Below are positions 59,431 to 64,000 of a stretch of DNA of 64,000 bases, piece after piece (the first letter of the stretch is position 1; each line of letters starts with the position of its first letter). The notes below the pieces were generated by a model. That model saw only the letters and a list, made by a program, of their open reading frames with translations, searched no databases and was not told the DNA's origin. The stretch is from an uncultured Actinomycetes bacterium (lineage in GTDB: Bacteria > Actinomycetota > Thermoleophilia > Gaiellales > Gaiellaceae), in the NCBI GenBank assembly GCA_963720065.1, contig CAVREH010000018.1, forward strand, positions 7,083 through 71,082. The letters are read 5' to 3'. The position numbers and the translations under genes were made by a program.

Positions 59431-60488
59431 GCCGCGGCCAGTGCTCCTTCGGCGAGCGCCCGCGCGGCACGGTCGGCCTCGACGAGGTCGTCCAGGTCCT
59501 GGATCGGGTCGGTGCCGGCGGCCGCGAGCGTCTCCCCCACGACCTCCGGGATCCCGAGGAACGGCAGCCGCCCGGCGAGGAACGCGGCGACCGCGACCTC
59601 GTTCGCCGCGTTGTAGACGCACGGCGCGCTGCCACCCTCCCGGCCGGCGGCGCGCGCGAGCGACAGCATCGGGAACGTGTCGGTGTCGGGCGGCGAGAAC
59701 TCGAGCGTCAGCGAGGCGAGGTCGAGCGGCGGCAGCGGCGTCGCGGCGCGCTCGGGGTACGTGAGCGCGTAGGAGATGGGCACCCGCATGTCCGGGTAGC
59801 CGAGATGCGCGAGGGCGGCGCCGTCGCGGAAGCGGACGAGCCCGTGCACGATCGAGGTCGGCTGGATCGCCACCTCGATGCGGTCGTAGCCCACGCCGAA
59901 CAGATAGTGCGCCTCGATCACCTCCAGCCCCTTGTTCGCGAGCGTCGCCGAGTCCACCGTGATCTTCGGCCCCATGCGCCAGGTCGGATGTGCGAGCGCC
60001 TGCTCGGGCGTGACGTCCTCGAGCTCCGCGCGGGTGCGGCCGCGGAACGGGCCACCAGAGCCGGTGACTACGAGCGTGTCGATCTGCTCCGGCGCGCGCC
60101 CCTCCAGGCACTGATAGAGCGCGGAGTGCTCGCTGTCGACGGGCAGGATCCGGCCGCGGCCCCGCTCGCGTGCGGCGAGGGCCAGCTCACCGGCCGCCAC
60201 GAGGCTTTCCTTGTTGGCGAGCGCGAGATCGACGCCGTGCTCGAGCGCCCAGAGCGTCGCGTGCACGCCGGCGAAGCCGACGACCGCGTTGAGGACGACG
60301 TCGGGCTGCGCACGCTCCAGCAGCTCGGTCAGGTCGCCCCCGACCTCCTTCAGCGGCGCGTCGACGTCGTCGAGAGGCGTCGAGCCGGACGCCGCGGCGC
60401 AGAGCTCGAGCTCCGGATGCGCCTCGACGATCTCGATCGCCTGGCGACCGATCGAGCCGGTGGCCCCGAGCAGAGCGACGCGTTTCAC
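59427..60488 (-). CDS. dxr: 1-deoxy-D-xylulose 5-phosphate reductoisomerase
   Basis: GTG 60488 gives MKRVALLGATGSIGRQA. NKESLV, PVDSEHSA, LTGSGGPFR and NAANEVAV are present. Intact. Confidence 0.95.
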   Translation of the reverse strand: MKRVALLGATGSIGRQAIEIVEAHPELELCAAASGSTPLDDVDAPLKEVGGDLTELLERAQPDVVLNAVVGFAGVHATLWALEHGVDLALANKESLVAAGELALAARERGRGRILPVDSEHSALYQCLEGRAPEQIDTLVVTGSGGPFRGRTRAELEDVTPEQALAHPTWRMGPKITVDSATLANKGLEVIEAHYLFGVGYDRIEVAIQPTSIVHGLVRFRDGAALAHLGYPDMRVPISYALTYPERAATPLPPLDLASLTLEFSPPDTDTFPMLSLARAAGREGGSAPCVYNAANEVAVAAFLAGRLPFLGIPEVVGETLAAAGTDPIQDLDDLVEADRAARALAEGALAAA

Positions 60489-60606
60489 GTGCTCAGTGTA
60501 GGCCCGTCCCCGCGGGCCACGGCTTGGTGTCGGGCACCGCGACATGGCCAAAGTGGAAGGGAGTGCGGAACACCTTGCGCTCCGCAAGCCGGTTCCGCGG
60601 CGGATC

Positions 60607-60642
60607 GGGACATGTCCGCGTGCCTGGCACCGGGACGTGTCC
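60607..60642. promoter_or_regulatory. two palindromic GGGAC(A/G)TGTCC boxes 25 bp apart upstream of dxr (candidate operator)
   Basis: gggacatgtcc lies at 60607-60617 and contains the perfect palindrome GGACATGTCC. gggacgtgtcc lies at 60632-60642. Both are in the cdsA-dxr spacer. Confidence 0.3.
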
Positions 60643-60654
60643 TTGGGCGAGGGG

Positions 60655-61458
60655 TCAGTGGAAGCCGTACGCGACGACGAGGAAGTACGCCGCCGGAGCG
60701 GCGAAGAGGAGGCCGTCGATCCGGTCCAGCATCCCCCCGTGGCCGCCGAGGAGCCTGCCGGTGTCCTTTACCTCGAGGTCACGCTTCAGCGCCGACTCGA
60801 ACAGGTCGCCCATGACCTCCGCGACCACGAGGACGAGGCCGAGCACGATCGCCTGCCAGACGCTCAAGTAGTCCTTGCGCGTGTCGTAGAGCGCGATGAA
60901 GGCCACGAAGATGCCCGCGACGGCTCCGACCAGCAGCCCCTCCCACGACTTGCCGGGCGAAAGGCGCGGTGCAAGCTTGTGACGGCCGAACAACCGGCCG
61001 CCGAAGTAGGCGAAGGTCGCCGCCGCGAACGCCGTGAGCACAACGGTGAAGGCGATCAGGCGCCCGTGGTCGTGCATCTCCCGCAGCAGCAGGAGGAAGC
61101 CGAGCCCCAGACCGATCCAGGCCGAGCCGAGGACCGTCGAGCCGACGGCCGCGGTCGTTGGCGCGCGAGTGCTCGAGACCGCGTGCAGCGCGAAGGCGAG
61201 CACGAACGTGGCGCAGAAGCCGCCGAGCAGCCAGACGACTCCTCCCTTCTCCGCGCCGAACAGCGCGAGCAGCACGCCGGCGTAGACCGCGGGCGCGAGC
61301 GGCCGCAGGGGGCGTGCGGTCGTGACGAACTCGTGCACCCCGACGCAGGCTGCGATCGCGAGGAGCGTGAACAGCCACCAGCCGCCGAGCCACAGCATGC
61401 CCAGCACGAGCGGCAGGCCGACCGCCGCGACCAGGAGACGCGAGGCGAAGTTGGTCAC
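60655..61458 (-). CDS. cdsA: phosphatidate cytidylyltransferase CdsA (start GTG 61458; ORF open to 61518)
   Basis: The product is polytopic. SPGKSWEGLLVG and FESALKRDLEVKDTGRLLGGHGGMLDRIDGLLF form the CdsA signature. Confidence 0.9.
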   Translation of the reverse strand: MTNFASRLLVAAVGLPLVLGMLWLGGWWLFTLLAIAACVGVHEFVTTARPLRPLAPAVYAGVLLALFGAEKGGVVWLLGGFCATFVLAFALHAVSSTRAPTTAAVGSTVLGSAWIGLGLGFLLLLREMHDHGRLIAFTVVLTAFAAATFAYFGGRLFGRHKLAPRLSPGKSWEGLLVGAVAGIFVAFIALYDTRKDYLSVWQAIVLGLVLVVAEVMGDLFESALKRDLEVKDTGRLLGGHGGMLDRIDGLLFAAPAAYFLVVAYGFH

Positions 61459-61564
61459 GAGCCGCTCACCGGCTCGTGACCGTGGAGGGGGTGTGGGGGA
61501 ACCGGGAGGTTCCCCCACACAAGCGAGAAGAAGGGGGCACGTGGGGGAAACATGGTTTCCACCA
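61453..61564 (-). promoter_or_regulatory. three consecutive strong hairpins in the uppS-cdsA junction
   Basis: The stems are ggtcacgagcc/ggctcgtgacc (11 bp, 61453-61481), gtgtgggggaacc/ggttcccccacac (13 bp, 61491-61520) and tgggggaaac/gtttccacca (9 of 10 bp, 61542-61564). Confidence 0.5.
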
Positions 61565-61590
61565 CGGAAGGGAGGCGGAGCCGAGCGACG

Positions 61591-62322
61591 TCATCGACCG
61601 CCGAATCTACGGCGCCGCGAGGCGTACTCCTCGATGGCGGTCCGCAGCTCGTCCGGCCCGAAGTCGGGCCAGAGAGTCTCGGTGAAGACGTATTCGGCGT
61701 AGGCGGACTGCCAGAGGAGGAAGTTCGAGATGCGGCGCTCGCCCGACGTGCGGATGACGAGATCCGGATCGGACATCTCGGGCTCGTAGAGGCACGCGGC
61801 GAGCGCGGCCTCGTCGACGTCGTCGGGGTCCGCGCCGTTCTCGAGCAGCCGGCGCGCGGCGTCGACGAGCTCGGCGCGGCCGCCGTAGTCGAAGGCGATC
61901 CAGAGCTGGAGCCTCGACTTGTCCGCCGTCGCCGTCTCGAGCGCTTGCATCTTCGTGCGCAGCCAGTCCGGAGCGCGGTCCCGGCGGCCCACGAAGCGGC
62001 AGCGGACGCCCTGGGCGGCGAGATCCTCGAGCTCGCGGTCGATCGTCTCACCGAAGATCTCCATCAGCGCCCCGACCTCGCCGGCGTCGCGGCTCCAGTT
62101 CTCGGTCGAGAAGGCATAGACCGCGAGGGACTCGATCCCGAGGTCGATCGCCCCTTCGACCACCGGCCGCAGCGCCCGCGAGCCGGCTCGGTGGCCCTCG
62201 GCGACCGAGACGCCGTGCTCTGCCGCCCAGCGCCCGTTGCCGTCCATGATGATCGCGACCGCGTGCGCGACCTCGGGCAGGTGCTCTTCGGGGCTGACGT
62301 CTGTTCCCGGCACGGAGGCCAT
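61591..62322 (-). CDS. uppS: isoprenyl transferase (undecaprenyl-diphosphate synthase family)
   Basis: HVAIIMDGNGRWA, YAFSTENW and RTSGERRISNFLLWQSAYAE are present. Intact, 243 aa. Confidence 0.95.
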   Translation of the reverse strand: MASVPGTDVSPEEHLPEVAHAVAIIMDGNGRWAAEHGVSVAEGHRAGSRALRPVVEGAIDLGIESLAVYAFSTENWSRDAGEVGALMEIFGETIDRELEDLAAQGVRCRFVGRRDRAPDWLRTKMQALETATADKSRLQLWIAFDYGGRAELVDAARRLLENGADPDDVDEAALAACLYEPEMSDPDLVIRTSGERRISNFLLWQSAYAEYVFTETLWPDFGPDELRTAIEEYASRRRRFGGR

Positions 62323-62885
62323 CAGACCTCCATAACCTCCGCTTCCTTGTGCTTGAGGAGCTCGTCGATCTGCTTCGTGTGCTCGTCGGTCAGCTCCTGG
62401 ACGCGGCCCTCGGCCCGGTGCTCGTCGTCGGCGCCGACCTCGCCCTTGTCCACCAGCTCCTTGAGGTGCCGCATCGCGTCGCGCCGGATCTCGCGGACGG
62501 CGACCCGGTGGTCTTCCGCCATGTTGCGGACGACCTTGACGAGCTCCTTCCGCCGCTCCTCCGTCAGCTGGGGGATCGGCAGGCGGATCAGCTTGCCGTC
62601 GTTGGAGGGCGTCAGCCCGAGGTCCGACTCCATGACCGCCTTCTCGATCGCCTTGATCGAGCCCGGGTCGAACGGCTGCACCGTGAGCATGCGCGGCTCG
62701 GGGACGTTGATCGTCGAGAGCTGGCGCAGCGGTGTCTGCGTCCCGTAGTAGTCGACCTCGATCCGGTCGAGGAGGGACGCCGAGGCGCGGCCGGTGCGCA
62801 CCGTCGCGAACTCCGCGCGCGCGTGCTCGACCGACTTCACCATCTTGTCCCGTGCCCCGTTGATCATCTCTTCTGCACTCGCCAT
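62322..62885 (-). CDS. frr: ribosome recycling factor
   Basis: FATVRTGRASASLLDRIEVDYYG, PFDPGSIKAIEKAV and LPIPQLTEERRKELVK are present. Intact, 187 aa. Confidence 0.96.
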   Translation of the reverse strand: MASAEEMINGARDKMVKSVEHARAEFATVRTGRASASLLDRIEVDYYGTQTPLRQLSTINVPEPRMLTVQPFDPGSIKAIEKAVMESDLGLTPSNDGKLIRLPIPQLTEERRKELVKVVRNMAEDHRVAVREIRRDAMRHLKELVDKGEVGADDEHRAEGRVQELTDEHTKQIDELLKHKEAEVMEV

Positions 62886-62889
62886 GCCC

Positions 62890-63660
62890 TCAGCCCTCCT
62901 TTGCTGTCGTGGCGATGATGGTCCCGACGTCCTCGCCGTTGACGACGCGCGCGACGTTGCCCTCGGCGAGCTCGAAGACGTGGATCGTGAGGCGGTTGTC
63001 CATGCAGAGGGACAGCGCCGTCGTGTCCATCACCCTGAGCCCGCGCTCGATCGCCTCCAGATGCGTGATCCGCGGCAGGAACTCGGCGTCGGCGACGTGC
63101 CGCGGGTCGCCGTCGTACACGCCCCGGACGCCGTGCTTCGCCATCAGGATCGCGTCGGCGCCCATCTCGAGCGCCCGCAGGGCCGCGGCCGTGTCCGTCG
63201 TGAAGAACGGGTTGCCGGTGCCGGCGGCGAAGATCACGACGCGGCCCTTCTCGAGGTGGCGGATGGCCCGCCGGCGGATGTACGGCTCGGCGACCTCCGA
63301 GACCTCGAGCGCCGACATCACGCGCGTGTCGGCTCCCTCCCGCTCGAGCGCGTCCTGCAGCGCGAGCGCATTGAGCAGCGTCGCGAGCATCCCCGCGTAG
63401 TCGGCGGTGGCGCGGTCCATCCCGCTCTCGGCCGCAGCCGCGAGACCGCGGTAGAAGTTCCCGCCGCCCACCACGACCCCGACGTCGACGCCCTCGCCGC
63501 GGATGCCCGCAACCTCCTTCGCGAGCGCCTGCGTGACGCCGGGGTCGATGCCGTACTCGCGCTCGCCCATGAGCGCCTCGCCCGACAGCTTGAGCAGGAC
63601 GCGGCGGAAGGCGGGCACGTTCGGCCGCGGGCCGGTCTCGGTCTCCGGCTGGGCCGTCAT
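62890..63660 (-). CDS. pyrH: UMP kinase
   Basis: [34 protein letters not shown] and [20 protein letters not shown] are present. Intact, 256 aa. Confidence 0.96.
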   Translation of the reverse strand: MTAQPETETGPRPNVPAFRRVLLKLSGEALMGEREYGIDPGVTQALAKEVAGIRGEGVDVGVVVGGGNFYRGLAAAAESGMDRATADYAGMLATLLNALALQDALEREGADTRVMSALEVSEVAEPYIRRRAIRHLEKGRVVIFAAGTGNPFFTTDTAAALRALEMGADAILMAKHGVRGVYDGDPRHVADAEFLPRITHLEAIERGLRVMDTTALSLCMDNRLTIHVFELAEGNVARVVNGEDVGTIIATTAKEG

Positions 63661-64000
63661 CCGGCCAGGGAGAAGCGCTGGAACTCGAGCACCTCGGCTC
63701 CCGCGTCAGCGAGGACCTTGCCGACGGTCTGCGAGCTGTCGTGGATCCACTCCTGCTCGGTGACGACGTTCGCCCCGAAGAAGCGCTTGTTCAGCATCCC
63801 TTCGACGATCTTCTCACGCGCCTGCTCAGGCTTCGACTGCACCTCGTCGGAGTTCAGGTAGATCTCGCGCTCGGCTGCGACGAGCTCCTCGGGAACGTCC
63901 TCGCGGGCGATCCAGCGCGGGTCGGACCACGAGATGTGCATGGCGAGGTTCCGCGCCAGCTCGTCGTCGCCGCCGCGCAGATGCACGAGCACGCCGAGCT
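63657..64000 (-). CDS. tsf: translation elongation factor Ts, C-terminal part (gene continues beyond window end)
   Basis: [30 protein letters not shown]...[12 protein letters not shown]...[11 protein letters not shown] is present. The stop overlaps the pyrH start (ATGA). Confidence 0.92.
   Translation of the reverse strand, partial: LGVLVHLRGGDDELARNLAMHISWSDPRWIAREDVPEELVAAEREIYLNSDEVQSKPEQAREKIVEGMLNKRFFGANVVTEQEWIHDSSQTVGKVLADAGAEVLEFQRFSLAG

Overview
High-GC (~70%) chromosomal segment, almost certainly Actinomycetota. Gene content and order resemble Thermoleophilia/Rubrobacteria-type genomes: MurT/GatD, NrtR with nadB-nadC-nadA, an FHA-MerR operon, cinA-thpR-recA-recX-rny, and tsf-pyrH-frr-uppS-cdsA-dxr-rseP-ispG-proS. 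I support about 70 protein genes and one tRNA-Pro(GGG). I see no rRNA, CRISPR array, transposase or integrase. Content is mostly housekeeping: a BMP-type nucleoside ABC importer, NAD biosynthesis, recombination, tRNA modification, DAP/lysine genes, lipid II amidation, isoprenoid and phospholipid genes, two sigma-70 genes and one ECF sigma/anti-sigma pair. Major caveat: at least about 25 conserved genes, including essential ones (ftsK, hflX, ispG, murT, dapD/dapE), are broken by 1-7 frameshifts each, while neighbouring genes are intact. At least one break sits in a homopolymer, so assembly indels are more likely than real decay. I call these genes by stitching homologous pieces across frames, so their coordinates are approximate. 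The most interesting signals are non-coding. (1) A ~455-bp multi-hairpin element occurs twice, bounded exactly by convergent stop codons, with compensatory stem changes between copies. (2) A ~165-nt element occurs twice with a conserved core, a covarying hairpin and unrelated long closing stems, each starting at the stop codon of an upstream operon gene. (3) A riboswitch-like leader with a T9 terminator carries yybP-ykoY-like signatures. (4) An inverted pair of DnaA boxes lies just upstream of that leader. The main accessory-type coding candidate is a short OLD-family (ABC-ATPase + Toprim) nuclease gene embedded in an hflX-dut-nudix operon. All calls come from reading the sequence and ORF translations by eye; no searches were run.
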